This document shows, in pieces, positions 11,371-24,517 of a stretch of 64,000 nt of DNA (positions are counted from its first letter, which is position 1; each line of letters begins with the position of its first letter). The stretch is from Folioceros fuciformis (Eukaryota): contig JBNGIO010006379.1 of the NCBI GenBank assembly GCA_049999805.1, forward strand, positions 713,414-777,413, written 5' to 3'. The notes under the pieces were generated by a model. It searched no databases and had not been told where the DNA came from. It saw only the letters and a list, made by a program, of their open reading frames with translations. The translations under genes and the position numbers were made by a program.

Positions 11371-13722
11371 ATGCCGTCTGATGAAAGGATGCGCTTGGAT
11401 ACTGCAGCCAGTGAAGGATTTCAAAGACTCTTGGAGGCGCCCACGTCGGTATCCGACGCCCGCCTCCAGCATGAGGAACTCGCGATCGGGGAGGATCATT
11501 TCCCTCCCCAGCCCTGTGCCCGAGAGTGTCAAGCCCAGTGTGGCCGTGGGCGGCACGGGTACCTCCCCTGCCGAGCTCGAGGCCAATTTCCCTGTCCCGG
11601 AGAAAGTGCAAGTCGAAGTGTTTGCCAAGCAGACCCAACACCCTGTTGGACGAGGCAAGTGCACATCTCGCGCCCCCCTGGCAGCTGTTTCATCCCTGCA
11701 TCCTTTGGTCGAAACTCTCAAGAAATTCCATCGGATGCTGCTGCTGTTGCAGATCCATGGTGGGTTATCGGCATCACGTTTGTGGTGGCACTGAACAATG
11801 CGTTTGCGCTCGGGTACCCGTATCTCATTCTGGTTCCCCTGGGCTGGTACGCCGGCGTCGGTCTCTGGGTGGGGTGCATGTTGTTGTCTTACCACTGCAA
11901 CGCCCTGTTGGCTTCTCTCCACGAGTACGGGGGGGTGCGGCATGTCCGGCATCGAGACATCGCTGGCCACATCTACGGTACAAGCTCCTGGCCAGGCTGC
12001 AGGCATGGCTGGGTCTCTTTGATGAATGCAGCGCGCTTGGTCACGTTTCGTGTGACTCATTAGTTGCGACCTGATCAACTCCCGAATCACTGGACATTGC
12101 ACAGGACCGTTCATGTACAAGGTCGTCTTCTTCCTGCAATACATCAACCTGCTCGTGGGCGATGTTGGGCTCGTCATTCTTGCCGGCATAGCGCTCAAGG
12201 TACGGTAGCCCATCGGCATTTCTGAGGCTGAAGAAAAGCGGTGTATGCGCGCGGCAAATTGCCGGCCGATTGACTGGAAGAAGAAGTGTGGTGTGAATTA
12301 GCATCCGTCGTGTTGAGCCTTCCGTGTCCGCACAACTGTTGTTGATGTACAGGTCGTCCAGAAATGGGTGGGAATCAACTCACAGTGCGCTTCGGCTTGT
12401 TTGCAGGCCGTCTATCTTGGAATAAACGCTGATGGAAAAATTCACCTTGGAATCTGGATTACCATCACTGGCGCTTTCTTCTTGCTGTTCGCGATATGTG
12501 TGCCACACATGCATGCTCTCCGAGTGTATTCAGGGCTCTCCATCGCAGCATCAGCAACGTACACCCTCATCGCCGTCGTCATAGCCATCCAAAACGGTAG
12601 GACCGGCCTTTACATCGCAAAGAATATACATAGCCAGGCGAAAACGTTTCTTTCTGTTGATTTGAAGTGTCAGGCTGTCTTTCCCAGGTTTGGACTCTCC
12701 ACCCAGGGACTACTCGGTGCAGGGAACAACAGCGAATAAATTTTTTCTGGGCTTGGGAGCGCTGGCAACCATAGGCTTCACCTTCAACACCACAATGCTG
12801 CCTGAAATCCAGGTATGTATATTATCGGCCTACCCGTTCTTGGTCTTGTGACTCACGTTTTACAGACCAAGCTCTGGTCACTCTTTCATCAATATATGGC
12901 GAGCCACTGACGCGCTTGGGAGCATACGCTCATTGGAATTGCAGTCAACGGTGAAGGCTCCGACAGATACAAACATGTACAAGGCTTTGAGGATGCAAGT
13001 ATTGTGCTCCAACCCCATCTTCATGGGACTGGGAATGGTTGGATACTGGGCATATGGAAATGAACTGCAGCCCTTCCTTCTCGCGTCTCTTAGGGGTCCT
13101 AAAAACTGGATCACTGTAGCTTATGCCGCTGCCTTCCTTCAAGCAGCCATCTCTCTCCATGTGAGTGTGCTTTTGACTTTCTGGCTTCCCTTTTTACGTA
13201 CATGGCCACCTCGGCAGCTTTCCCGAAGTCTCTGACGGCCTTCATGTGATGCACCTGACAGCTATATTCACTTCCGGTGTACGAGTACATCGATTCCACG
13301 TTTGGAAGAGTGAAGGAATCTGCGTGGTCCCGAATCAACTCAATAGTTCGGATAGTGGGACGAACCTCGTGGATGTTCACTCTCACTTTCCTCGGAGCTT
13401 TGTTGCCCTTTTTCGGAGACTTCGTGGTCATCTCAGGAGCCGTGGCCATCTGGCCGCTGGAGTTCGCGCTGGCGAATCATATGTACCTCAAGGTGAGAAT
13501 GATGAGTTTGACCCGAGGAGCTCGGGTGGAAGGAGAAACGCATCTGTGTAACAATTTTGTTTTCTGTCTGGTCAGGTCAAAACAGATCTGGGCTCACTTC
13601 AAAGAGCCTGGCACTGGATGTGGGTGATACTCACCAGCCTACTAACATTGGCGACCCTCACAGCGGGTGTAAGATATGTTATCAAAGATTCAATATACTA
13701 CAAAGCTTTTGCTAACCTGTAG
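11371..13722 (+). CDS. ProT: Proline/compatible-solute transporter (ProT, AAAP family), ~7 exons
   Basis: DPWWVIG...NNAFALGYP...PLGW, LHEYGGVRHVRHRDIAGHIYG, FNTTMLPEIQSTVK.P, GYWAYG, LLPFFGDF; ends YKAFANL*. Confidence 0.88.
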
Positions 13723-13790
13723 CTGCTTAATGTGTGGCCGCGGATCGGGATCAAGGCACTGGGGCAAAGAAAGTCGGCAGCAACTAGTAC

Positions 13791-15166
13791 TCAAGCTACT
13801 GCTGCAAGCGCGGCATCCACCGTGTTTCGGAGCAGCATCGCAATGGTCATAGGCCCAACACCACCAGGAACAGGTGATATCCAGCCGGCAACTTTCTTGG
13901 CCTCTTCAAAATCGACGTCACCCACAAGCCTGTACCCCGCTTTCTTAGACGGGTCATCAATAGGATTTGTGCCCACGTCGATGACCACGGCCCCTGGCTT
14001 GATCCAATGTCCTTTAATCTGCGAAAGCAAAAGCTTCTCACTTAACCAGTAGCTGGAGAGGAGAAACATGTACAGGAAGGGATGTACCAATTAAAATGTA
14101 CCAATTGAGCTTGTCCAGCAGCAGCTATGATGATGTCTGCATCCTTGATGATACTCTCAGGATCAAGAGTTCGTGAGTGCACTATAGAGACAGTGGCATC
14201 ACGCTCCAGAAGCAACATGGCTGCTGGTAAACCCACAATATTGCTTCTCCCAACCACCACAGCCCTTTTCTTCGCAATAGAGATCCCGTTTCGTGTCAAA
14301 AGCTCTATGCATCCCTGACACACAGACCGTTTCAATTTGAGTTCCCTAACTTGAACGGAGCTCCTGCTGCAAACGGAAGAGGCATAACCCCACCTCCTCT
14401 GAAAATAGACAAGCCCTCGAGAAGACTACCATGCGGACAGGATGCATACCTTGGGTGTGCAGGGCACGAAGCGCGGGGTTCTGCCTTTCATGCAAAGTTT
14501 TCCAATATTGAGAGGATGAAATCCATCGACGTCCTTCTCAATGCTTACAGCGTTCAACACGTTTTCTTCACTGATATGCTCCGGCAGAGGAAGCTGCACC
14601 AAAACACCTGTACCACCACAGCTGAGCTGCATGAGACGACATCAGCAGTTGTGCCTTCCAATTCACAAGGTGCCACACACAGGCAGCTCGCCATGGACAT
14701 GGACATGGACATGGACATGGACATGGACATTCAATCATCGCTGGGGGATGGAACAAAATTACCGTGCACATCCGGGTTGCTGTTAAGTTCCAGAATGACA
14801 TTCAACAGTTCTTCCTCCGACACATCTGCAGGCAAATCCTTGCCAAAAGATCGAATCCCCACCTCTGCACAGGCCCTCTTCTTCATGCGCACATACGTTT
14901 GAGAGTCCTTCCGCTCTCCCACGATGACAACCGCCAGGCCAGGAACCTGTCACCGAGCAGAGAGCGGATCAGTTTCGGGCCCCAAACGGACCCACGAAAG
15001 CATTCACCGGGAACGCATCCCAGCATTGAGGCAGCGAAGGATGTAGGGCAGGAAGGGAGCTTACGCAGCCATAGACATCCTTCAGCCGCTGGACGTCCTG
15101 TTGAACTTCGGAGTGAATGACTTTGGCTATGGCTTTGCCGTCAATGATGCGCGCTTCTTCCGCCAT
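13791..15166 (-). CDS. FolD: Bifunctional 5,10-methylene-THF dehydrogenase/cyclohydrolase; no transit peptide, probably cytosolic
   Basis: [66 protein letters not shown]. Confidence 0.97.
14693..14730. repeat. (ATGGAC)6 microsatellite in a FolD intron
   Basis: Perfect hexamer array read directly; it explains the spurious MDMD/WTWT/CPCP ORFs. Confidence 0.95.
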
Positions 15167-15620
15167 GGCTACCACTCCCAAATCCTACGGGACGGGACTG
15201 CCTTTCGCTTCATTCATCTCATCCGTCACAGCAGCTTCGTGGCTCGTTTTCATGCTGGTGGGTCTTTCTTGCTGGCATGTACCTGTCCCCAATCAGCGTT
15301 CAAGGGTAAGGACACAAGCCAGGGACAGGTACGTACGGGACACAGGTTTAGAATTCAAGGCTTCGAGCCCATGGCTCGGCTAAATTTCATGGCTTCCTGA
15401 GCAACCTCGCGCATGCTAGACATGCGAAGGGCTAGACGCCTGTTTATCCGACAAATTACAAGGAGGCCTGTTCGCTTTGATACAGCGCTAACTCCGACAT
15501 TCAAACCACCTCGCAGAATTGGACAGCGCGGACTAGGGAATAAACCCAGGAAAATCGCCACTACTCTTTCTTTTTGTTCCCCTGGACTTGAATAATTTCT
15601 TCTCGTTCGCGTCTTCCACA

Positions 15621-17827
15621 TTAAGACAGCTTCGGAGTGTGGCTTCTGTCCAGAACTTTCAGAATAGCTCTTTCAGCTTGTTCGATTGTCTCCACGGCAT
15701 TCCTTTCATCGAATGAGAGCCTTTGAATGTTAACCTGTTGTAGGGTAAACACGGCAATGTGAGTGAAGCTACCAAACTGGAGACGCCCGTTTGGAAATCT
15801 CACACTCAGTCACTGCTACCTGAGCTCCCTGACGGACCCGTATGTCGATTCCCTTGCTGTCGATAGATATCAGGGCTGCGTCATCCACCTCCGACTCTGA
15901 TGTCAACAGCTCTCTCAACGGCTTGGAAAATCTGTTATTGAGCTCCTAAACCCGTCAAGAAAACAGTGAAGGGCTGTGAGCCACAATTTCTGTGCATGTC
16001 TCAGCCGAAGTGTTAGAACAGTCAGTGGACACAGACCTGCAGTGTTCTTCCTGCTATGACATCACAATGCCAAGTGGAAGAACGGACCTGTAGAGTTCTG
16101 TCACCGTCAGCAGTGGCGATATGGTCAGGAGCTGCTTTCCGATACTCCTCTACATCAACCCATGCGACTGTGCCAAACCCTCCGACGAAATAGATGTCAC
16201 TGTCAAGCCACACACCACTGCTGTGAGCCTGGCTTCAATTCTACTGCAGAGAGCTAAGAATGCAATGGTGCTAGACATCACATACTCCTACCCAATGGCT
16301 TCCATCCTGTAGTAGTAAAAGTCGCCCCACCGCTGAGAGACTCCATGCTGGTGCTTGGCAGAGTAATATTTATGGGCCACCTCCTGCAAACTTTCAACAA
16401 TTCAGCGTCAGCCAAGCCAAGCACAAAGTACCTGCCCTAAGAAACTGGACCTACAACTTTTTTAGCTGGGCGCATCTGCAAAACTTGGTCCATCACCTGT
16501 TCCTCTGCAGGTAAAGGATAAACATCACCAAAGAGAGTAACCCTCGCATTGGCGAGCCCATTCCATCCTGGCATCTGTAGCAACCTCATACAGTCAGCAA
16601 AGCTTGTTTTGACTTCCAAGGGACATACCATACCAGTGCTATTCATGCCTGGACTGTGAACCTGCACATAACCTACCTGAACCACCAGAGTACATCGGGG
16701 ATCCGTCAGCAAGTTCCGGGTGTGGATGGCAAGTGGAGACAAGTGAAAGATAGGGCCTGCACAAACAGGGTCGTTGAGAATTCACACCCACCAGTCGTGC
16801 CATCCGCTCACACACTCAACTGCTGAAACCAGCATGCCAACTATCACAGACCGACAGATCCAAGCACAATAAATCTGAGACCGTACGTCCACTGGGGTCC
16901 GTCGCGAAGTCGACAAGCGAACCAAAGGGATAACCGCGCCGACGATGGTGCATTCTAGACATGATGGTACAGAGGTGGGCGTAACGAGCCTGCGGGTGCA
17001 GTAAGCACCAGTGAGGAAGAATTCAACTCGCATATGCAAGATGGAACATGTGACTTGTTGAGCCCATAATCCCTGAAACATCATTCGCATCCTTCTCAGG
17101 ACTTAACCTGCTCGATTAAATTCCGGACAGCCACAGAAGGGTGGGGCAGGTCATTAGAAGATGTTGCGCTCTGGACACCCCCAGTTATAGGCGTACGCCG
17201 GAGGCCTGCCCTCTTGCTTTTCTCCGCGCTGCGACCTGTTGAGGGAGAGGAAGGCAAAGCCGCTCCATCCCCAGGCCCCTGGCCAGACGTTCCAGCGCTG
17301 TTCCCCACCTTCACCTTCATTCCACACAACCACAAACAACCGGCAACCCCCAATTCCTCCAGTCAAGCTCACAAACTCCCACCGATTCCAGATCAGATCG
17401 ACGCCAGAAAATTAGAAACCCTACCACACAGCTGGACACGTATGTTGGGTACCTTCAGTGGAGGGGGCAGAGCCGCACCGTTGTTAGAGCTGGGAACCGG
17501 CCCCTCCTCGCCCGCGTCCCCCTCATCCTTCTTCTCACAGGTGATGAAGCCCGGAGCCTCAGCCCCACCGTAATTGCAACGAGACGACAGGTTGCTGGAG
17601 AAGAGAGTCCACAAGCCCCGACCCCGCGCTTCCTGCCTGGAGACCCTTGCGCTGCCGCCGCCGCATCCCCGCCTGAGCACCAGCTGCGCCTGGCTGCTGC
17701 AATGCGAGCAAGACCAGCGTGCAGAGCTGCAAGCTGCAGGCTCGTTCCCTGGTGCTACGCCGAGCATGACATCGGCGCGCAGTGAGGCCACCGCACAGTG
17801 GGACGTCCTGGCTACGGCACAGTCCAT
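15621..17827 (-). CDS. Pyridoxamine 5'-phosphate oxidase-like split-barrel protein (At1g51560/At3g21140-like), probably plastid-targeted, multi-exon
   Basis: RTPITGGVQSATS..LP.PSVAVRNLIEQ, GYPFGSLVDFA, SPLAIHTRNLL.DPRCTLVVQ, NARVTLFGDVYPL, DIYFVGGFGTVAWVDV.EY. Confidence 0.88.
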
Positions 17828-17875
17828 TTCCTTCCTTCCTTCCTTCCTTCCTTCCTTCCTTCCTCCCTCCCTCCC
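17828..17875. repeat. (TTCC)n/(TCCC)n microsatellite directly upstream of the PNPOx-like start codon
   Basis: Read directly. Confidence 0.9.
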
Positions 17876-18099
17876 ACTTCTGCTGCTGATAGTTGCAATC
17901 AAGGTCCTTCCGCCTCCCGCTCCATAGCTGGAAACATGATAAACCTCCAAAACCTCGTAAACCCAGGCCTGCAAGCCTGCCCTCACCACCGTGCTTCTAA
18001 TCAAGAGAGCCTTATGAAGCGACACCTAAGACAAAACAGAGTACCAAGGGCTGTTTATTACCGTGGGTGAGAACTTATTACCCGCCCCCTCCCTTGGTG

Positions 18100-19440
18100 A
18101 AGTGACATGGAGACTCGGTTTCTAAACAGTGGATACTTTGTTACTTCATACAACTAGGCTTCTTCTCCAAGGTTACGACGAATCTAAATGGATTTCAATG
18201 TCTGAATATATGCAAATAATTTTAATGAACTAAAAAAATAGGACAAAAGAAAGGAAAACTCGTGATGATATTTTGTCTCAAACTTAGCATTATTATTTTG
18301 TCTCCTTCATGCTGATGACTATGTAGTTATATCCAATGTTGATGGATTTTACTTTTTAATAAGATAGATGTGTGCCGATTAAGCTCGCGGAGAGTGAAGG
18401 TATGATACATGGATTTTAATGTCTAGATGTACATATGATATGATTCTTGATTATTTCAAACCCTAGCTTTCAGTTGTTCCAACATCTTGATTCTAGTACC
18501 TCTTGTAGAAGCTTTATTTGTTGCAATCGGAAACTGGTTTACGTTTTGTCGATTCCATCTTTCTACAACAATCAACAATCATCTTTAATTGTTGTGGCTG
18601 AAGGCTATTACCCTTGCCTAGTTTGCAAAGCTCACGCAAATTCTCCAATTTTGTCGACACCAAAGATCCTCCTTGCGCATTCGATTCTTCATGGTTCATA
18701 CAAGGGGTAGGAACCAATAGTTGCTTTGTAGTACGACATTTCTCGACAAATGGCTTCTTGATTTGAGAAGTTTCCACTGGTTTCTTGTTGTGAAGAGGTT
18801 TTGATGGTTCCTTGGTATGAAACTTATTCAACATAGTATGTTGAGTTTCCAACGTGGGTTGATCGCCATTTACTAACGGATCGCCATGATAAGGCACAAG
18901 TTCTTTCCCATATAACCTCCTTGTGACTTGCTTTAACGTCTCTATCACTTCTTTCTGATTAGTACATGATACATCATCCATTCTAATTATCCGAGGTTTC
19001 TTGGTTATTTTACTTTGACCATGTACCGTGGTGTTGGCTTTCCTCTTGTTCACCATTTGCATCCCTTTCTTCTGCAATACAAGTTTCTTTCACCACATGA
19101 GTATCACAAGTTGCTATACCCTTTCTAATGGATAAAAGAAGATGTGATGTCACATACCTCGTGAGGTGAAGGATTCGGAATTGGAAGGACTCTTTTCCTA
19201 GACTTTGTCACACTTCTTTGTTGTAGATAGAAGAGAAGACATACAACTCATAAGACCTAGGAAGTAGAATCACATTACAAAGCCTTCATAAATAAATAGG
19301 TCGTGGGCACTTTACAAAGAAAGGGTCTATGGACAGTTAACACGTTAGTTGACTTAGACTATAGTTAATGAAATTACTTAAACTAGGTAATTAAGTACGT
19401 AAGTGTATTATTTTTTTGAATTAGTTTTTTTTTATGAAGG
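18100..19440. mobile_element. AT-rich insertion, probable degenerate transposon relic, containing a Lys-rich 187-aa ORF (18514-19077, minus)
   Basis: Abrupt drop in GC relative to the flanks; the ORF has no recognisable domain and an upstream stop-interrupted piece. No TIR or LTR identified. Confidence 0.4.
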
Positions 19441-20616
19441 GAGGAGTTAGTTCCCACGGCGGCCCGTCCCGGGTGGTGGGAGAGAGGGAGGTGGGCACTG
19501 GCCAGGTGGGGAGGCTCGGCCACAGATTTTGGAATCCTTTAGTGTTTACATCACACGGGCTGTGCCCCTACCCGTAGCACGCATGTTGTCCCATCGCCTG
19601 AGATAAGGACGGCCAGGTCAGCATACGGACACGACGGGATGGCCCGAGCAGTCTTGAACAACCTGGCTGAACACACCGAGCGGTGAGATCCGCCCAAGAA
19701 TCTCCACGCGCGGTTGTTCGGGCCTCACTTCGCATGGCCCGCCCGCTCATGTCACGCACGCTTAGGAAATGGCGCGCGTAAATATGGCTGTGGCTCGGGC
19801 TGTTACAGACCTCTGGATGTGCCGTCTGCTCCGGAGGGCCACCCCGTGATCAGGTGGGCATTGGCGCCGTATTCTCTGACCAAAATGGCCGTGAGTTGGT
19901 AGGAATGTTCCCGGCCACCACTAAATATTCGAATCTTGCACGTACATCACCCTTTGCAGGCAGGGGCAGGATTGACAATGACCTTTCCTGTCTGCCTGCT
20001 AGTGACTGCAACTTGCATTGAGTGCACACAAGCTTCCATGTTCTCAATCCGAACAAGCCGTATGTACGTGCACATGGTGGCCCTTTATTTGAATCCGTCT
20101 CCCAACACTTCTGCTGCACTCCAGACACCACAAAGACACCTTGTGCCAATCAGCCAATCAAACAGCCAACTCTTTACAAAGAGTTGGCAGGCTATACACA
20201 TTCACAAACCGGGGTAGAAGGCTATGTATGTACTCTTTTGCTTTGGAGGTATCTTTCACCTATCTATAGCTTCTCACTCTACGGAAGGAAACGCTCTTCA
20301 CAACAGGAGCCCTCCACCCGTAGACGTACAACAAGGGGTTAGGGCAGCTCAATGGTCATAGAAAAGTGCAACTTCCCGGGTCATGCCACTGCTCTCCATC
20401 TCATATTGCAGGCACTAACAGCTCTGCGTGTATCTCACTCTGTCCAAATAGATGGCAAGCCACTGCACATGAGCCACGAAGGGGGCTAAGACAAATCCTT
20501 CCCAAATATGCAACCAGCTCCTGACATACCAGTATGCATGCTCCTGCCCACACACCTGGATCTTCCAGCAGCTCACCATATCCTGGCCTTGTTGTGCGTC
20601 CACGTTCAAGGAGCCA

Positions 20617-21984
20617 CTAATCTTCGGAAACAGACACACTTCGGCACCGCGATGGAGAGTCCCTGGCTGCCTCATTGATCACCACCCCAAGGCTGTCATC
20701 ATCCACGTCTGGGGGATCCAGAGGAGGCATGGACAATGCGCTGTACGTTGAGCTACCCATGCGGATGTCCTTGATGGTCTTGAGCGCCGCTTCACAGCTC
20801 TTGTGAACGATGTCCAAGTTGTTGCAAGCTGGGGCCGGAAACAAGTCGCCCTCATCACTCTGACCCCGTTCCCTTGCTGATCCACCTTTCGGAGCCTCCA
20901 CTACATGCGACTCCTCGCTGTCCGAGTCCACGCTGTCTTCACCCTCGTCGAACAGGAGGGCTTCCGCACCAGGCTGCTGCTGGGAAGTGGGTGGCACGGG
21001 GAACAAGTCAGACAAGTTCACCTCGCAGTCTTTCACCAGCCGAGACAGCAGCTCCGTCGTGTAGAAAGGCTGGTGCAGGACAGTCTGGATATAAGGCATG
21101 CGCAGGACACCCCCGGTCCACTTATCATGCTTCTTCAAGATCTTCACCAGGCCAGTGTAATTGAGTGAGCTGTACGTCTCCAGCAACACCATCTCTCCAT
21201 GAAACGTAATCATCTGCCTGAAGATGGTGTTCATTTCGCTTCGGTCATCCACCGACAGCTGCGGCTTGGCCTGAGCCGCCTCCTTCATCGACTCTATCCT
21301 TCTCTTCAGATCCTGCACCAACAACTCCACATCAGTAAAGCCTCCACTACAAGTCAACACCCAAGCCCTCCAAACCTACAACTCAACCCGTACTGATCCA
21401 GACCTAAACACCTACACGCAAGGCTTGCGCAAACACACAATCACACACAACCTCTCTCTCACCTGCAGACGAATCACATACTCCTCCTCCTTTTCGATGA
21501 AGAACTTGTTGAACTTGTTCAGCTCCACATTCAGCAGGCGTATGAACTCCATCTGATCACTGGGGAAATATCCACTCTCAAACGGACTGTCCGCGTTCTC
21601 CTCCTCATCGCTATCCACTCCGCTGTCCCTGGTCTTCCGCTTCCGCACGAACGTCCTCTCCTCTCCCTCCTGCGCACCAGCATTCGCACCGGGACACGCT
21701 CCAACACCACCACCAGCACCCGCTCCTTGCTCCCGCTCATCCACCATCCGCACAGGCCACCCCTCCGTCCGGTTCCCATAGTGATTCCTCAGCATGCTGT
21801 CCACCCTAGCCACATCCGAATCCGGAGCTTCGTTGGCCGGGATGAAGGCCCCGACGGTGAGCCCGTCGGGCGCATACTTGAGCAGCTTCAGCCGCTTCTT
21901 CAGTTGCTTATACGCCACGAACTTGTCCCTCCACTCCGGCAGGGTCACCTCCAGATGACTCTGCAACGTCTTAGCGAACTTCAT
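20617..21984 (-). CDS. SPX: Stand-alone SPX-domain phosphate sensor, exons 21984-21463 and 21312-20617
   Basis: MKFAK.L...TLPEWRDKFVAYKQLKK, ELNKFNKFFIEKEEEYVIR, FHGEMVLLETYSSLNYTGLVKILKKHDK, VLHQPFYTT, GSSTYSALSMPPL. Confidence 0.96.
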
Positions 21985-22241
21985 GACGTCGATCCCGCTC
22001 TCGCTCTCGCTCTCGCTCCCGCTCCAGCTCCAGGCGCGTCAGACACCCCCTCTGCCGCCCCCACAAGATCAAATAACGCTCAAAGCGCACACGCCACTGT
22101 CGCAGGGGCCGCCAGGGCAAGGGAATGGTGGCGACCATGGCGAGGGAGGTGTAGGCTGCCGCGCAGGGCCGCCGGTGGGAGGGAGGGGAGGGGTGGGGTG
22201 GGGTGCGGAGGGGGGGCCAGGAGAGGCAAGGGATCGGGACG

Positions 22242-22928
22242 GAATATCCGCTTCCTCTGGCCCAGCCAGACAAGGAGGGGTTAATCCCTCAGAATAGCGT
22301 GGGCTACCCGGTTTCATCCTCTACGGGATGTGGTGCAACAGTGGAATCGGCAAATTGGATTCTCATCCCACTCGCCGTACCGTTCTAACAGAAAACGGGA
22401 GCTTGGTGTAAAAGAATGTCCGCCCCAACGGAGTATCCCAAGTCGGGCTGCGGATATTCTGAAATTATGCATGTTTTACACATCTTTGCCCCAGTCTCTT
22501 GATCCTCACATGACTCATCATCCGCGCTGCCCGCCCACCGTGATGCGCAGAGCCGACATCAGACCGGATCCTGTGCCTGTGAACCGGCCTGACTCGCCCG
22601 TGCCACGGAATATGCTACCCGCCAGGCGTCCCACCCTCGCCTCCTTGTCACGCTCCGTCTGACACGGCCAGGAGTCGGGGATTTTCGCTTTCTGAGGTTT
22701 TCATTTCTCACGATCGGCTTCCGATAGTTGGCATCCAGCTCTGGCGCTTGCTTAATTGCAGGCAGCATCGCGCGAAAGCGGAGCACTGCCTCCCAGCCGA
22801 GCCGTGCCGGCCCGCATTTCCACGAAGATGCTTACCGCGGGGCTTCGCGTTGCAGCCGAGGATCGTGATTCTTGCATCTTTGATGAGCCTCCAAGGACCC
22901 CGGGGATGCTGGCATACACGGCATATGC
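22242..22928. promoter_or_regulatory. P1BS (GNATATNC) elements upstream of SPX at 22242, 22452, 22608 and 22921
   Basis: GAATATCC, GGATATTC, GAATATGC and GCATATGC at ~260, 470, 625 and 940 bp upstream of the SPX ATG; P1BS is the established PHR1 binding site. Confidence 0.8.
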
Positions 22929-24470
22929 TTGCCTGCAGCTGCAGATTCAGCAGCACCTCGTTGCTTGCATGTGTGCGAAGGAAGGAGAAAAAAACAGTTA
23001 CCGCAGCCAGAATCTTGCGGCTCAGAGCAACGAAGAATTTTAAGAAACAGGAGGCCTCGCTTTCGCTCGTGGCTGGCCCCCTCTGGAAGGGAGCCGAGGA
23101 ATCAGTCAATTCTAGAGGAGAGGAGCTTGCGGAGCTCGTCGCGGTGGAAGAAGGCGTAGCAGCGGCGCCGAGACCAGGTGCTTGGCGAAAAATGGCGGAC
23201 TCGATGCCGGCGCGGATGTGGAGGCATCCGAGAGGGAACTCGTCCTGCACGTAGGATATGGAGTTAATCTACACCTCGCCGGACGCGAGGTCGGTGATCC
23301 AAGCACACGCGAGTGCAAGGGAGAGGGCTGAGACGTCGGGGAGGAGGAGCACATGAAACCCTAACACCAGGGTTGCTAGCACGCACGCCTTCAAGGGTCC
23401 GAGGAAGTTGAGAAGCATTTGGCCCCTGTTCAGACCAGAGGCTCTAGCGTCTTCCTCCGTTCCACCAGGAATGCAGGACTCTGGCGCCGGGGGAAGGGCA
23501 GGAGCTTCCCGTTCGGCACGGCCGCGCACGCAGAGATGCATCGATGTGTTCTCCGCCACCGGCCTTGGGTAAGGCGTTATTGAATTCCAGCTCCGGCCCC
23601 GAGCGTGGGAGGAGATTGTCGGGAATGACAAGGTCATCCAGGTACAAGACCGACTCGGAATGCCAACCCCTTCCAGCAATGGTTCGGGACTCCGACGCTC
23701 TCGTGTTGGTAGCATTTACTGAAATCCTCACATCCCGGTGCCATGCCTCGAGATCCGCAGATCTTGCCGCTTTCCTGCGCCTTGCGTCTCGGACATGGGC
23801 CGGTTACAACGATCTCGAGGCTTCGGCAGATTCAGTATCCCTTGCAGCCTCTGGCTGTCCAACCTGTTGGACAGGACTGCCACATCCATCGTGACTCGAC
23901 GCTGTGGATCTGCTCCCACGTCGGCCAGAGCATGCCGCATTCGTCCCGCATACCTCTCCAGGAGCAGTCTGGTGGATCTCCGCCAGTTCTACTCCTCAAC
24001 ACGGTTGCGGATGTCCACGCCGGCAGGCCTGATCTCCTACGGTCTCTGCAACTGGAAACAAGGTTTCTAAATGGAGCACAAGGATGCAGGCCTAGCCGGG
24101 AGCCTTCTCCTCCGCTGCTGCGACATAGGAACATGTCACTTCCAGCTGCGTACGCTGCCTTGGCGACACAGTTCCACGCCTCACAAGCACCTAAGGGCCT
24201 GATGGGCGTCATCCGGACCCAAATGAAGTAATCCCACTTGAGGAAACACGTGAAGGGAGATCTCTCGACATCTCTTCGCCTCCACCACCGAGTCCTGACT
24301 CTTCGTTCCTTCTTCTCCGAGGAACACGGGTTGGTCAGAATCATACCCGGCCACGATTCTGAAGATTACCTCCTGATCGGTGACCAGCGGACGAACCTTA
24401 TGTATCAGACACCTTTCCACTGCGCTTGCCGATGGCAGGCGCGAGGGAATCAAACTGCCATCTCCATATT
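22700..24470. pseudogene. Degenerate GC-rich coding-like remnant of unknown family
   Basis: GC3-rich minus-strand peptide fragments (VLYLDDLVIPD, NGKLLPFPGARVLHSWWN, ITDLASGEV*INSISYVQDEF, CYAFFHRDELRKLL) broken by stops and frameshifts. Confidence 0.3.
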
Positions 24471-24493
24471 ACCATGCTTACAGCGAAACCAAG

Positions 24494-24517
24494 ACGAGAC
24501 GAGACGAGACGAGACGA
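24494..24517. repeat. (GACGA)n pentamer microsatellite
   Basis: Read directly, ~5 units. Confidence 0.85.
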
